A DNA stretch of 64,000 nt from an uncultured Solirubrobacterales bacterium (GCA_963763955.1 CAVXQP010000010.1:156118-220117), one strand, 5' to 3'; positions 10,219 through 19,409 are shown, counted from the first letter of the stretch. The notes: generated by a model not told the origin, from the letters alone. Numbers and translations are program-made.

Positions 10219-10716
10219 CTACCGCTTTCCCTTCTTCTTGCATTTCTTCCTCTTCGCGCTGCGCGCTGAGTGCTTCTTCCCCTTCTTGCACTTTCGGGCG
10301 ACGTGAGGTTCGATCGGCACGCCAGTGCCGCTGAGGGTGGCGGTTGGTCCTCCGGGGCCGGTGTCGAGTGTGCCGTTGGCCGGCCCGAGCGCCGCCGGGG
10401 TGAACGTCACGGAAATCGTGCAGGTGGTGTCGCTCCCGAAATCGGCTGTCATCTTGACGGGACATCCGTTCGCCGCCGCGAACGCCGAGCTCGAAGTGGC
10501 GATCGAAGGCGAGAAGTTGCAGAGCGCCGAGCAGTGGAGCGTGAGGGTGGTGCCCTGTGGACCGCTGGTCGACCCGAGTGGCTGGTCCGTGAACGAAAGG
10601 CTCGTCGGGGAGAGCGTGACCGTCTCGGTGAGGGCGCCGGCGGTGCCGGTCACGAGCGCCAAGGACGCCAGGACGGCCGCTACGAAGATGGCTGGTCGAG
10701 ACACGGGCCTTGCCAC
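10219..10716 (-). CDS. secreted Ig-like (choice-of-anchor-D-like) protein with double KCKK-box C-terminal tail
   Basis: GTG at 10716 preceded by GGGGGTAGG. Signal peptide MARPVSRPAIFVAAVLASLALVTGTAGA. Body has LSPTSLSFTDQPLGSTSGPQ..TL...C.ISVTFTP..LG. Ends ARKCKKGKKHSARSAKRKKCKKKGKR. The upstream part of ORF 10219..11076 is the antisense shadow of proC. Confidence 0.65.
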   Translation of the reverse strand: MARPVSRPAIFVAAVLASLALVTGTAGALTETVTLSPTSLSFTDQPLGSTSGPQGTTLTLHCSALCNFSPSIATSSSAFAAANGCPVKMTADFGSDTTCTISVTFTPAALGPANGTLDTGPGGPTATLSGTGVPIEPHVARKCKKGKKHSARSAKRKKCKKKGKR

Positions 10717-10767
10717 AACCCTACCCCCGATACGGGGAGTCGAAGGGGTCCGAATAGAGTTTCCGAC

Positions 10768-11547
10768 ATGAGAGTCGGATTCGTGGGCGCGGGAAACATG
10801 GCGGGGGGGCTCGCTCACGGCTGGGCTGCCGCGCGCGGCGAGTCCGGCGCCCCGGAGGCGATGCTGTTCGCGGATGCCGACCACGAGCGGGCCAGGGGGC
10901 TGGCCGAGGATGTCGGCGGCGAGGCGATGCAGGGCAACCTCGCCGTCGCGGACGACTCCGACCTTGTCGTCCTCGCGGTAAAGCCGAACGTCCTCGACGA
11001 GGTCGCACCGGACCTGGTCCAGGCAGGCACACCGGTGTTGTCGATCCTCGCGGGCACGTCGCTCAAGACTCTCCACGAGGCCCTGCCGGGGATCGATCTG
11101 GTTCGGGTCATGCCGAATCTGGGGGCCCAGGTCCGCCAGGCGGTGCTCTGCGTCGTCTACGGCAAGAGCCTGGGCGAGACCGAACGGGGGCGGATCGAGC
11201 AGATGCTCGGCCTGCTCGGCGACGTGATCGAGCTCGATGAGGGCCTGATCGACGCCGCCACGGCGATCATGGGTTGCTCGCCCGGCTACCTGGCGCTGAT
11301 GGCCGAGGTGCTGGTCGAGTCCGGCGTCAGCGAGGGCCTCACCGAAGATCAGTCCCTACGGATGGTGGCGCGGGCGATGAGCGCCACCGGCCGGCTGCTC
11401 GATCTCCACGACCCGACGGCGTTGAAGAACGCAGTGGCCTCGCCGGGAGGCATGACCGAGGCCGGGCTGAACGCGCTGGAGGAGCACAAGATCGAGGAGA
11501 CGCTCCGGGCGGCAGTCGACGCCTCGCTCGAGCGTGTCCGCCAGTGA
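10768..11547 (+). CDS. proC: pyrroline-5-carboxylate reductase
   Basis: Internal ATG at 10768 in ORF 10270..11547. MRVGFVGAGNMAGGL Rossmann motif, VLAVKPNVL, RVMPNLGA, ASPGGMTEAGL. Confidence 0.9.
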   Translation: MRVGFVGAGNMAGGLAHGWAAARGESGAPEAMLFADADHERARGLAEDVGGEAMQGNLAVADDSDLVVLAVKPNVLDEVAPDLVQAGTPVLSILAGTSLKTLHEALPGIDLVRVMPNLGAQVRQAVLCVVYGKSLGETERGRIEQMLGLLGDVIELDEGLIDAATAIMGCSPGYLALMAEVLVESGVSEGLTEDQSLRMVARAMSATGRLLDLHDPTALKNAVASPGGMTEAGLNALEEHKIEETLRAAVDASLERVRQ

Positions 11548-11849
11548 GCCCTCTGCTCGCGATCACGCGCGATGACGTTGCGAACTACGTCAGCGCGGTG
11601 TTTCTCGTCTACTTCATCCTGATCTTCATCCGGATCCTGCTCTCCTGGATCCCTCGGATGCCCTACTACCCCTGGCTGCGGACGACCGTCGACTTCGTCC
11701 ACCAGGTGGTCGACCCGTACCTGAACATCTTCAGGCGACTCCTCCCGCCGCTCGGAGTGGGCGGCATGGGCTTCGACCTCAGCCCGATCCTCGCGATCGT
11801 CGTCCTCAGCATCGTCTGGCGCGTGGTCGTATCCCTGATCGCCGGTTGA
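11544..11849 (+). CDS. yggT: YggT/YlmG family membrane protein
   Basis: GTG at 11544 overlaps the proC stop (GTGA). FLVYFILIFIRILLSWIP......VDFVHQVVDPYLNIFRRLLPP.GG.DLSPILA. Confidence 0.85.
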   Translation: MSPLLAITRDDVANYVSAVFLVYFILIFIRILLSWIPRMPYYPWLRTTVDFVHQVVDPYLNIFRRLLPPLGVGGMGFDLSPILAIVVLSIVWRVVVSLIAG

Positions 11850-12355
11850 GGCGGCTTGACCAAACGGGTCGCGCCTCGGCTCCTCCTCAGCGCGCCCTCG
11901 CATTGCTGGTCCCCGCCCTGGTGGGCTGCGGCGTCGTCGTCGCGCTCGACCAGGGCACGAAGGCGCTCGCGTCCTCGCTCGTCTCGCGCGGTGACCGCGT
12001 CGAGGTCCTGCCGTTCCTGCACATCGAGAACGTCCGCAACAAGGGGGTCGCCTTCGGCATCGGCGGCGACATCTCGGCGGTCTTCATCGCCGCGACGGTC
12101 GTGCTGCTGCTCGGGTTGCTGGTCTTCCTCGCCGTCCGCGGTGGGACCGGGTGGCTGGTCTGGCTGCCGGCCGCGCTGCTGATCGGCGGCGCCCTCGGGA
12201 ACCTCGCCGACCGGGTCCGCGACGGCGCGGTCACCGACTTCATCAGCGTGCCTCTGTGGCCGACCTTCAACCTGGCCGACCTCGCGATCACGGTCGGAGT
12301 GCTCTTGCTGCTCTTCGACGTCGAGCGCTCCGGGGCGCAACGGAGAGGCTCGTGA
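11846..12355 (+). CDS. lspA: lipoprotein signal peptidase (signal peptidase II)
   Basis: 169 aa, TTG start overlapping the yggT stop. DQGTKAL, ENVRNKGVAFGI, GGALGNLADRV..GAVTDFI, TFNLADLAITVG. Confidence 0.88.
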   Translation: MRRLDQTGRASAPPQRALALLVPALVGCGVVVALDQGTKALASSLVSRGDRVEVLPFLHIENVRNKGVAFGIGGDISAVFIAATVVLLLGLLVFLAVRGGTGWLVWLPAALLIGGALGNLADRVRDGAVTDFISVPLWPTFNLADLAITVGVLLLLFDVERSGAQRRGS

Positions 12356-13035
12356 GACCGGACGCGGAGCGTCTCATCGTCCACCTGGACGAGGACCTGG
12401 CCGTGATCGAGAAGCCCGCCGGCTTGGTGGTGCATTCCGCCCCCTCCCACAGGGGCGAGACCCTCGTTGACCTGCTCGAGGGGATCGCGGGCGGGGGAGA
12501 GGGCGGCCGCCCGGGCATCGTCCATCGACTCGACAAGGACACCTCGGGGCTGATGATCGTCGCGCGGAACGAGGAGTCGCATCGTGCACTCGCACGAATG
12601 GTGAAGGAGCGCGAAGTGGGCCGCCAGTACACGTCGCTGGTCGAGGGACATCTCGACAGCCGCTCCGGAACGATCGACGCCCCCCTGGGGAGGCATCGGC
12701 GGCGGCGCACAAGACGGGCAATCAAGGGGACAGGATCGAGGAAGGCCCGTACGCACTTCGACGTGATCGAGACACTGCCGGCCGACACATTCGTTCACGC
12801 GCGGCTCGAGACCGGTCGCACCCACCAGATCCGCGTCCATTTCGCCGCGATCGGCCACCCGGTCGCCGGCGACCCGGAATACGGCTCACGAGGCCGACAC
12901 GGCCTCGAGCGCCAGTTCCTGCACTCGTCGCGGCTCGCGTTCGTGCACCCGCGGACGGGGGAGGAGCTCGAGTTCAGGTCCGAGCTGCCGGATGACTTGC
13001 GGGCCGCGCTGGATCAGGCGCGAAAAACAGGCTGA
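12352..13035 (+). CDS. RluA/RluD-family pseudouridine synthase (no S4 domain)
   Basis: GTG at 12352 overlaps the lspA stop. LAVIEKPAGLVVH, GIVHRLDKDTSGLMIVA, Y.SLVEG, ETGRTHQIRVHFAAIGHPVAGDPEYG. The lspA-rluD pairing is conserved. Confidence 0.85.
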   Translation: MRPDAERLIVHLDEDLAVIEKPAGLVVHSAPSHRGETLVDLLEGIAGGGEGGRPGIVHRLDKDTSGLMIVARNEESHRALARMVKEREVGRQYTSLVEGHLDSRSGTIDAPLGRHRRRRTRRAIKGTGSRKARTHFDVIETLPADTFVHARLETGRTHQIRVHFAAIGHPVAGDPEYGSRGRHGLERQFLHSSRLAFVHPRTGEELEFRSELPDDLRAALDQARKTG

Positions 13036-13198
13036 GGAAGGGAGCATCCACGCGAGGGCGGCCGAATGCGGCTGAGCACCTACAATCCCGCGGACTTTGC
13101 ACCCAACCCCCGCCGAGAGGCACGGGAGGCTGCCCGGCACGTTCGGGTTCCCGCGGCCGCGACGGGGCACCGCACACAACAAGCGATAGGAAGGTCAG

Positions 13199-14284
13199 AT
13201 GGCCGAGGTAGGCATCAAGGAGCTGCTGGAAGCCGGAGTTCATTTCGGCCACCAGACGCGGCGCTGGAACCCCCGGATGCGCCGCTTCATCTACGGGGAG
13301 CGCGAGGGGATCCACATCATCGATCTCCTCCAGACGGAGCAACTGCTCAACCAGGCGACTCAATTCGTGACCGAGGTTGCGGCGAAGGGCGGCGTGGTCC
13401 TCTTCGTCGGGACCAAGAAGCAGGCTCGTGACTCTGTCCAGGAATGGGCCGAGCGCTGCCAGATGCCGTACGTGAATCGGCGCTGGCTCGGCGGCCTGCT
13501 GACCAACTTCAACACCATCCGCAAGCGCATCCAGCGGCTGCACGAGCTGCGCGAGCTCAAGGAGGCCGGCCGCCTCGATCTGCTGCCCACCAAGGAGCGG
13601 ATGTCGATGGAGGCCGAGCTGCGCAAGCTCGAGTACAACCTCGGCGGCGTGGCGGACATGCAGCGCATCCCGGACGCGGTGATCATCATCGACCTGAAGA
13701 CCGAGGAGATCGCGCTGCGCGAGGCCGAGCGCCTCGAGATCCCGATCATCGGGCTGGTCGACACCAATTGCGACCCGGGCCCCGTCAGCTACGTCATCCC
13801 CGGCAACGACGACGCGATCCGCTCCTGTGAGCTGATCATCGGCGCGCTGGGCACCGCCATCGAGGGCGCCGCCGCCAAGTGGCGCGAGGAGGAGGCACGT
13901 CGCCGCGCCGAGGAGGAGGAACGGAAGCGCCGCGAGGAGGAGGAGCGCCAGCGCCGCGAGGCCGAGGAGAAGGCCAAGCAGGAGGCCGAGGAGAAGGCGA
14001 AGGCCGAAGCAGAGGCGAAGGCCCGCGCCGAGGCCGAGCAGAAGCAACAGGAGCAGCAGCAACAGCAGCAACAGGCGGCCACCAAGCAGGCCGAGGCCGA
14101 GCGCGAGGCCGGGGAGGAGATCCCCCAGCCGCAGCCCGAGGGCGAGCAGGCACCGCACGACGCGCAGGGCTCGGACGAGGAGGCCAAGCGTGAGGCCGCC
14201 ATCGAGGTTCCGCAGCCGCCCCCGGTCGAAGAGGCCGAAGCAACGCCCGAGCCGGCCCCGACCCAGAGCGGAGGTGAGTCCTGA
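13199..14284 (+). CDS. rpsB: 30S ribosomal protein S2 with a roughly 130-aa Glu/Lys/Ala/Gln-rich C-terminal extension
   Basis: GGAAGG RBS. LLEAGVHFGHQTRRWNPRM..FIYGER.GIHIIDL, LFVGTKKQA, PGNDDAIRS. The tail has EEEARRRAEEEERKRREEEERQRRE...QQEQQQQQQQ. Confidence 0.93.
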   Translation: MAEVGIKELLEAGVHFGHQTRRWNPRMRRFIYGEREGIHIIDLLQTEQLLNQATQFVTEVAAKGGVVLFVGTKKQARDSVQEWAERCQMPYVNRRWLGGLLTNFNTIRKRIQRLHELRELKEAGRLDLLPTKERMSMEAELRKLEYNLGGVADMQRIPDAVIIIDLKTEEIALREAERLEIPIIGLVDTNCDPGPVSYVIPGNDDAIRSCELIIGALGTAIEGAAAKWREEEARRRAEEEERKRREEEERQRREAEEKAKQEAEEKAKAEAEAKARAEAEQKQQEQQQQQQQAATKQAEAEREAGEEIPQPQPEGEQAPHDAQGSDEEAKREAAIEVPQPPPVEEAEATPEPAPTQSGGES

Positions 14285-14910
14285 TGGCGGTTACAGCCGC
14301 CGACGTGAAGTCCCTGCGGGAGCGCACCGGCGCCCCGATCGTCGACGTCAAGAACGCGCTGGAGGAGGCCGAGGGCAACGAGCAGAAGGCGATCGAGATC
14401 CTCCGCAAGAAGGGTCAGGCCTCGGCCGCGAAGCGCAGTGGCAGGGGCACCGCGGAGGGCGTCGTCGCGGCGTACACGCACATGAGCGGAACCGGTGAGC
14501 GCAAGCAGCAGCGGATCGGCGTCCTGGTCGAGGTGCAATGCGAAACCGACTTCGTGGCGCTCAATGACGACTTCAAGGAGTTCGCCCACGAGGTGGCGGT
14601 CCACATCGCCGCCATGAACCCACAGCACGTCGCGTTCGCGGACATCCCGGAGGAGGACGTCGCCAACGAGCGGCGCATCCTCGAGGAGAAGGCCCGGGCC
14701 GACGGCAAGCCTGACGACGTGATCGAGAAGATCGTCGACGGCCAGCTTCGCAAGTGGGCGTCCGAGGTGGCCCTGCTCGACCAGAAGCACTTCAACGAGG
14801 AGCGCTACGAGGGCAAGACCATCGAGGACCTGCGCGCCGAGGTCGCCGCCAAGACCGGCGAGAACGTGCGCATCGCCCGCTTCGCGCGCTTCGAGGTGGG
14901 TCAGGAGTAG
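14284..14910 (+). CDS. tsf: translation elongation factor Ts (short form)
   Basis: 208 aa. ATG overlaps the rpsB stop. [51 protein letters not shown]. Confidence 0.92.
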   Translation: MAVTAADVKSLRERTGAPIVDVKNALEEAEGNEQKAIEILRKKGQASAAKRSGRGTAEGVVAAYTHMSGTGERKQQRIGVLVEVQCETDFVALNDDFKEFAHEVAVHIAAMNPQHVAFADIPEEDVANERRILEEKARADGKPDDVIEKIVDGQLRKWASEVALLDQKHFNEERYEGKTIEDLRAEVAAKTGENVRIARFARFEVGQE

Positions 14911-14917
14911 TCCTCCC

Positions 14918-15673
14918 TTGGCCTCGGCTCGCTTCAACCGAATCCTGCTGAAGCTCTCCGGCGAGGCCCTGATGGGCGATCTCGACTACGGCACCGATCC
15001 CGAGCAGATCGAGCGGATCGCCAACCAGGTCCGCGAGGTCCGGGTCCAGGAGGTCGAGGTCGCGATCGTGGTGGGCGCCGGCAACATCTACCGCGGTCTG
15101 GAGGGAGCCGCGGAGGGCATGGATCGCGCGACCGCCGACTACATGGGCATGCTGGCCACCGTCCTCAACGCGCTGACACTGCAGGACGCGCTCGAGAAGG
15201 TCGGCGTCGACACCCGGGTCCTCTCGGCGATGGCCGTCACCGAGGTGGCCGAGCCCTACATCCGCCGGCGCGCGATCCGGCACCTGGAGAAGGGGCGCGC
15301 GATCATCTTCGCGGCGGGCACCGGCAACCCGTTCTTCACAACGGACACTGCGGCGGCACTGAGGGCGCTCGAGATCCACGCGGAGGCGATCCTCATGGCG
15401 AAGAACGGGGTCGAGGGCGTCTACACGGCCGATCCCTCCACCGACCCCACTGCCGAGTTCCTCCCCGAGATCAGCCACCGCCAGGCGATCGAGCGAGGCC
15501 TGACCGTGATGGACTCGACCGCGCTGTCGCTCTGCATGGACAACGACCTGCCCATCTACGTCTTCAACATGGCGGACGAGCGCAACATAGATAGGATCGT
15601 GAGCGGAGAGAGGGTGGGCACCTTGGTGTCCTCAAAGCCCGCCACCGAGCCGGCTCCAGGGGTGCGCAGCTGA
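14918..15673 (+). CDS. pyrH: UMP kinase
   Basis: 251 aa, TTG start. [55 protein letters not shown]. Confidence 0.93.
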   Translation: MASARFNRILLKLSGEALMGDLDYGTDPEQIERIANQVREVRVQEVEVAIVVGAGNIYRGLEGAAEGMDRATADYMGMLATVLNALTLQDALEKVGVDTRVLSAMAVTEVAEPYIRRRAIRHLEKGRAIIFAAGTGNPFFTTDTAAALRALEIHAEAILMAKNGVEGVYTADPSTDPTAEFLPEISHRQAIERGLTVMDSTALSLCMDNDLPIYVFNMADERNIDRIVSGERVGTLVSSKPATEPAPGVRS

Positions 15674-16239
15674 TGAGCGAGATCGTCGACGAGCTACTGG
15701 CGGACGCCGAGGAGCGCATGCAGAAGTCGGTCGAGTCGACCCGCAACGAGCTCGCCACGGTGCGCACAGGCCGCGCCTCCCCGCATCTCCTCGACCGCCT
15801 CAGCATCGACTACTACGGCGCGCAGACGCCCCTCAAGCAGCTCGCCCAGGTGGCCGCAACCGACGCCCGGATGCTGACCGTGACGCCCTACGACAAGTCG
15901 TCCATCGGCACGATCGAGAAGGCGGTCATGGAGTCCGATCTCGGTCTCACCCCCTCGAACGACGGCAACGTCATCCGCCTACAGATTCCGGAGCTCACCG
16001 AGGAGCGGCGCAAGGAGCTCGTCAAGGTGGTCCATGGCGTCGCCGAACAGGGCCGCGTCGCGGTCCGGAACATCCGCCGCGACGTCATGCAGGACCTGCG
16101 CGACCTCAAGAAGGAGGGGGAGGCTGGGTCCGACGAGGAGCACCACGGCGAGACCGATCTCCAGAAGCACACCGACGCGGCGATCGCCGAGATCGACAGC
16201 CTGCTGAAGGGCAAGGAGGAGGAGATACTCGAGGTCTAG
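15673..16239 (+). CDS. frr: ribosome recycling factor
   Basis: 188 aa. ATG overlaps the pyrH stop. LATVRTGRASPHLLD.L.IDYYG, IRLQIPELTEERRKELVK, VRNIRRD. Confidence 0.93.
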   Translation: MSEIVDELLADAEERMQKSVESTRNELATVRTGRASPHLLDRLSIDYYGAQTPLKQLAQVAATDARMLTVTPYDKSSIGTIEKAVMESDLGLTPSNDGNVIRLQIPELTEERRKELVKVVHGVAEQGRVAVRNIRRDVMQDLRDLKKEGEAGSDEEHHGETDLQKHTDAAIAEIDSLLKGKEEEILEV

Positions 16240-16267
16240 GCGGCTGCCTGGCCTGGAGCTCCTCCTT

Positions 16268-16930
16268 ATGCCAGCCGACTACGTCGCGATCATCACCGAC
16301 GGCAATGGGCGCTGGGCTCGACAGCGAAGTCTGCCGGTCATCGAAGGCCACAAGGCGGGCGCCGACGTCGTTCGGGAACGGCTGCGCGATGCGGTCGAAT
16401 TCGGGATCAAGGAGCTGACCGTCTATTCCTTCTCGACGGAGAACTGGACCAGGCCCAAGCAGGAGGTCGACGGCCTGATGGCGATGTTCGCCGAGCGGAT
16501 CGACGGCGAGACTCCAGAGCTCAAGGAGGAGGGCGTCCGGATGCGCTTCATCGGGAGACGCGAGGGGATCAGCGAGGACCTCAGCAGCCGGATGAACTGG
16601 GCGGAGGCCGAGACTGGGGACAACGACCGGATCACGCTCTTCGTCGCATTCAACTATGGGGGACGCGCCGAGATCCTCGACGCCGCTGCGGCGTACCGGG
16701 GTGGAGGGGAGGAGGCGTTCCAGCGCCACCTGTACGCGCCGGAGATGCACGATCCTGACGTCCTGATCCGCACCAGCGGCGAGCAGCGCATCTCGAACTA
16801 CCTGCTCTGGCAATGTGCCTACTCCGAGTTGGTCTTCCGCGACGAGCTCTGGCCGGACTTCAGCCGCGAGGCCTTCCGCGCCGCGCTCGACGAGTACGAG
16901 GCGCGCCAGAGGCGCTTCGGAGCGAGGTAG
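16268..16930 (+). CDS. uppS: isoprenyl transferase (undecaprenyl diphosphate synthase family)
   Basis: 220 aa. VAIITDGNGRWA, GHKAG, TVYSFSTENWTRP, IRTSGEQRISNYLLWQ.AYSE. Confidence 0.9.
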   Translation: MPADYVAIITDGNGRWARQRSLPVIEGHKAGADVVRERLRDAVEFGIKELTVYSFSTENWTRPKQEVDGLMAMFAERIDGETPELKEEGVRMRFIGRREGISEDLSSRMNWAEAETGDNDRITLFVAFNYGGRAEILDAAAAYRGGGEEAFQRHLYAPEMHDPDVLIRTSGEQRISNYLLWQCAYSELVFRDELWPDFSREAFRAALDEYEARQRRFGAR

Positions 16931-16932
16931 CG

Positions 16933-17919
16933 ATGCTCGAGGACCTCGACCCGCCCTCGTTCCAGTTCAGTCGCGGCCGCGGTGAGCGCGAGCCCGAGGA
17001 ACCTCTCCGTCCCGAGCCCGCGCCGTTCGAGGACGAGCCGCTCGAGCCCGAGATCATCGTCAGGCGCACGGGGGACGACGAGGCGCCGAGGAGGGGGCGG
17101 GGCCGGCGGCGGCTGATCCCGGAGATGTCGGAGACCACCGCGCGCGTCGTGGTGGCGATCCCGTGGATCGTCTTCGCCATCGCCATCGTCGGCGCCGGCG
17201 GCCTCGTGTTCACCTTGGCGATGGTCGCGCTCGCGATCCTCGGCCTGCGCGAGTTCTTCCTGATGGCGCGGCCGGAGCAGCCGATCATGTTGCCGGGATA
17301 CGCCGTCGCGGCCGGGATGGTGATTGCCGCCCACTACGGAAGCGCCTTCCAGATCCTCCTGGTCTTCGCCGCGCTGTTCCCGCTCGCCTTCGCCTTCGCC
17401 GCTGTCCGCCGATCCCACGAGGCGATCACGATCTCGATCGCCTTCACGGTCCTCGGCGTCGCCTGGATGGGGATCGGCTTCTCCCACGCCGTCCTGCTCC
17501 GCGACCTGCCGACCCACGGCGGTGCCCTGCTGATCGACGTCCTCGTCGCGACCTTCCTCGGCGACACGGCCGCCTACGCGGCGGGCCGCCTCTTCGGCTC
17601 CCGCAAGATCACGCCGCGAATCTCGCCCAACAAGACGCTCGAGGGCCTGATCGGGGGTTTCATCGGGGCGACGCTCGGCCTCTGGTTCGCCGGCCTCTAC
17701 CAGGACTGGCTGCCGGGCGTCGACGCCCTGCTGATGGGTATGGCGATCGGCGTGATCGCCCCAGTCGGCGACCTGTTCGCCTCGCTGATCAAGCGCGACC
17801 TGGGCGTCAAGGACACCGGCCGCCTCTTCGGCCCCCACGGAGGCCTGATCGACCGCCTCGACGCCGTGCTCTTCACAGTGGTCGCGGGCTACTACCTCTC
17901 CGTCGCGTTCATCTACTGA
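16933..17919 (+). CDS. cdsA: phosphatidate cytidylyltransferase
   Basis: Internal ATG at 16933 in ORF 16813..17919. Acidic/Pro-rich N-terminus followed by multiple TM segments. Signature SPNKTLEG.IGG......KRD.GVKD....GPHGG..DR.D. Confidence 0.88.
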   Translation: MLEDLDPPSFQFSRGRGEREPEEPLRPEPAPFEDEPLEPEIIVRRTGDDEAPRRGRGRRRLIPEMSETTARVVVAIPWIVFAIAIVGAGGLVFTLAMVALAILGLREFFLMARPEQPIMLPGYAVAAGMVIAAHYGSAFQILLVFAALFPLAFAFAAVRRSHEAITISIAFTVLGVAWMGIGFSHAVLLRDLPTHGGALLIDVLVATFLGDTAAYAAGRLFGSRKITPRISPNKTLEGLIGGFIGATLGLWFAGLYQDWLPGVDALLMGMAIGVIAPVGDLFASLIKRDLGVKDTGRLFGPHGGLIDRLDAVLFTVVAGYYLSVAFIY

Positions 17920-17942
17920 ACGGAGAGCAGAACCGGCTGCGC

Positions 17943-18737
17943 TCAGCGCTTTCGGCGGCGCTTCACGGAGCACACCGTGAGGTCGCTGGGGGCGCCCGGC
18001 GCGACCAGCTCGCGGGGACTGCCGAACTTGAAGCGCCGGCCGTCGAGCTCCTCCCGAACGGCCCCTGAGACGAGGACCTCGCCGGCCTCTGCGGCGTCCC
18101 CGACCCGGGCCGCGATGTTGACGTCCACCCCGAGGAAGTCCCCCTTCACCTTGCGGGGCGTGCCCCGATGGACCCCCGCCCGCTGCTTCGGCGAGTACCC
18201 CTCCACCTCGATTCCGGAGATCCCGTCCTGGGCCTCGAGCGCCGCGGAGACCGCCTGCTCGGCGTCGCTGAAGACGGCCATCGCCCCGTCGCCGAGTCGC
18301 TTGACCACGGCGCCCTTGTTGGAGGAGATCGCCTTCTGCTCGGCGTCGCCGACCTGCCTGAGGACCTCGAGCGCGGCCTCGTCGCCGGCTGCCAGGGCCC
18401 AATCCGAGAACCCGACCAGGTCGGTGAAGACGATCGCCACGTCAGCGGTGCCCTGCCTGCGCCGCTGTGCCTCGGAGAGCGCATGCCAGGCCTGCAGAGC
18501 GCCCTTGCCGATCTCTCGCAGCGTGCTCGGGCCCTGTGGCTGGACCTCCTCGACGAGCCGCCGCATCGGCTCGGGCATCTCCGAGGTTTCGGGCTCCCCG
18601 CCCGGGATCAGCCTGCGCAGAAAGCGCGCGGTGGCGACGAGCTGCGGGTTGGCGTCGGTCTTGCGGACGACGTCGCGGATGCCCTCCGCTTCGAGGGCCG
18701 GGTCAGGTTTCTTGCGGCTGCGTCTGATCAGCGCCAT
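17943..18737 (-). CDS. class III adenylate/guanylate cyclase domain protein
   Basis: ATG at 18737 within ORF 17943..19271. AIVFTDLVGFSDWA, VKRLGDGAMAVF, GVHRGTP......FLGVDVNIAARV. The upstream part of the ORF is low-complexity and unlikely to be coding. Confidence 0.8.
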   Translation of the reverse strand: MALIRRSRKKPDPALEAEGIRDVVRKTDANPQLVATARFLRRLIPGGEPETSEMPEPMRRLVEEVQPQGPSTLREIGKGALQAWHALSEAQRRRQGTADVAIVFTDLVGFSDWALAAGDEAALEVLRQVGDAEQKAISSNKGAVVKRLGDGAMAVFSDAEQAVSAALEAQDGISGIEVEGYSPKQRAGVHRGTPRKVKGDFLGVDVNIAARVGDAAEAGEVLVSGAVREELDGRRFKFGSPRELVAPGAPSDLTVCSVKRRRKR

Positions 18738-18824
18738 GAATGCATCCTCGCAAGGCCGCAACTTCTTGGCCTCATGCTGTTTCGTCAGCGAACGCTCACA
18801 ACGTACGAAAGGGAGTGGTTCTGG

Positions 18825-19352
18825 ATGAGGAAGCTGTTCAAGCGCCGGCCCTCCGCCGGCGTCGTGATCGGGTTCATCGCCCTCTGTGTGGCCCTGGGCG
18901 GAGGCGCGTACGCGGCTACGAGCAAGAAGGTCGAGTACAAGGGCCTCAGCAAGGACGCCCGCTTGAAGGTCCTCGGCGTAGGCAAGACGAACGCGCAGAC
19001 GGGCACCACGCCGTGTGATCCGGCGAGCTCGTCGACCTTCACCAAGTGCACCTCGGTGGACGTGGACGGATCGACCGGATTCCCTCGTAAGTACCTGCTG
19101 ACCTTCGACGGGAACTTTGATGGGGGTGGGTCGACCGCAAGCGGCGTTTGCCATCTCGAGAATGAGACGGGCCAGGAGATCAACGGCACGAAGACCAATG
19201 TCCATGTACCCGGTAGCGGAGTTGCGGGGTTCGGCATCAACATCGTCACCACCGCACAGGGCGGAAAGCACACCTTTTCCGTCGCCTGCACCGAGACGGC
19301 TGGCGACCTGAAGTTGCCGCAGTACGAGCTCTCGGCGGTTCAGGTCCGCTAG
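18825..19352 (+). CDS. small N-terminally anchored or secreted protein, function unknown
   Basis: ATG at 18825 preceded by GAAAGGGAG. MRKLFKRRPSAGVVIGFIALCVALGGGAYA signal/anchor. Cys-containing Thr/Gly-rich body. Followed by a strong hairpin. Lower GC than flanking genes. Confidence 0.6.
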   Translation: MRKLFKRRPSAGVVIGFIALCVALGGGAYAATSKKVEYKGLSKDARLKVLGVGKTNAQTGTTPCDPASSSTFTKCTSVDVDGSTGFPRKYLLTFDGNFDGGGSTASGVCHLENETGQEINGTKTNVHVPGSGVAGFGINIVTTAQGGKHTFSVACTETAGDLKLPQYELSAVQVR

Positions 19353-19376
19353 CAGCGGCTAAACGCTGGATGGCTG

Positions 19377-19409
19377 TGACGGGAGGCCCTCGGGCCTCCC
19401 GTCTTCGTT
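19377..19409 (+). terminator. stem-loop terminator candidate after the 18825..19352 gene
   Basis: GACGGGAGGCC-CTCG-GGCCTCCCGTC forms an 11-bp perfect stem, followed by TTCGTTCC (a weak U tract). Confidence 0.55.

Noticed and set aside
13036-13198. 163-nt leader upstream of rpsB with a TACAAT hexamer (13081) and GC-rich pairings; possible autoregulatory structure
   Set aside because: I found no matching -35 element and know of no S2-leader motif for this phylum. The structure cannot be evaluated by eye.
12974-14158. 394-aa minus-strand ORF with long poly-Leu runs
   Set aside because: It is the reverse complement of the GAG/CAG-rich low-complexity tail and core of rpsB, so it is an artefact of composition.
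16819-18402. 527-aa minus-strand ORF spanning cdsA
   Set aside because: This is an Arg/Gly-rich shadow ORF. cdsA on the plus strand has the CTP-transferase signature, and the cyclase occupies a different frame at the 3' end.
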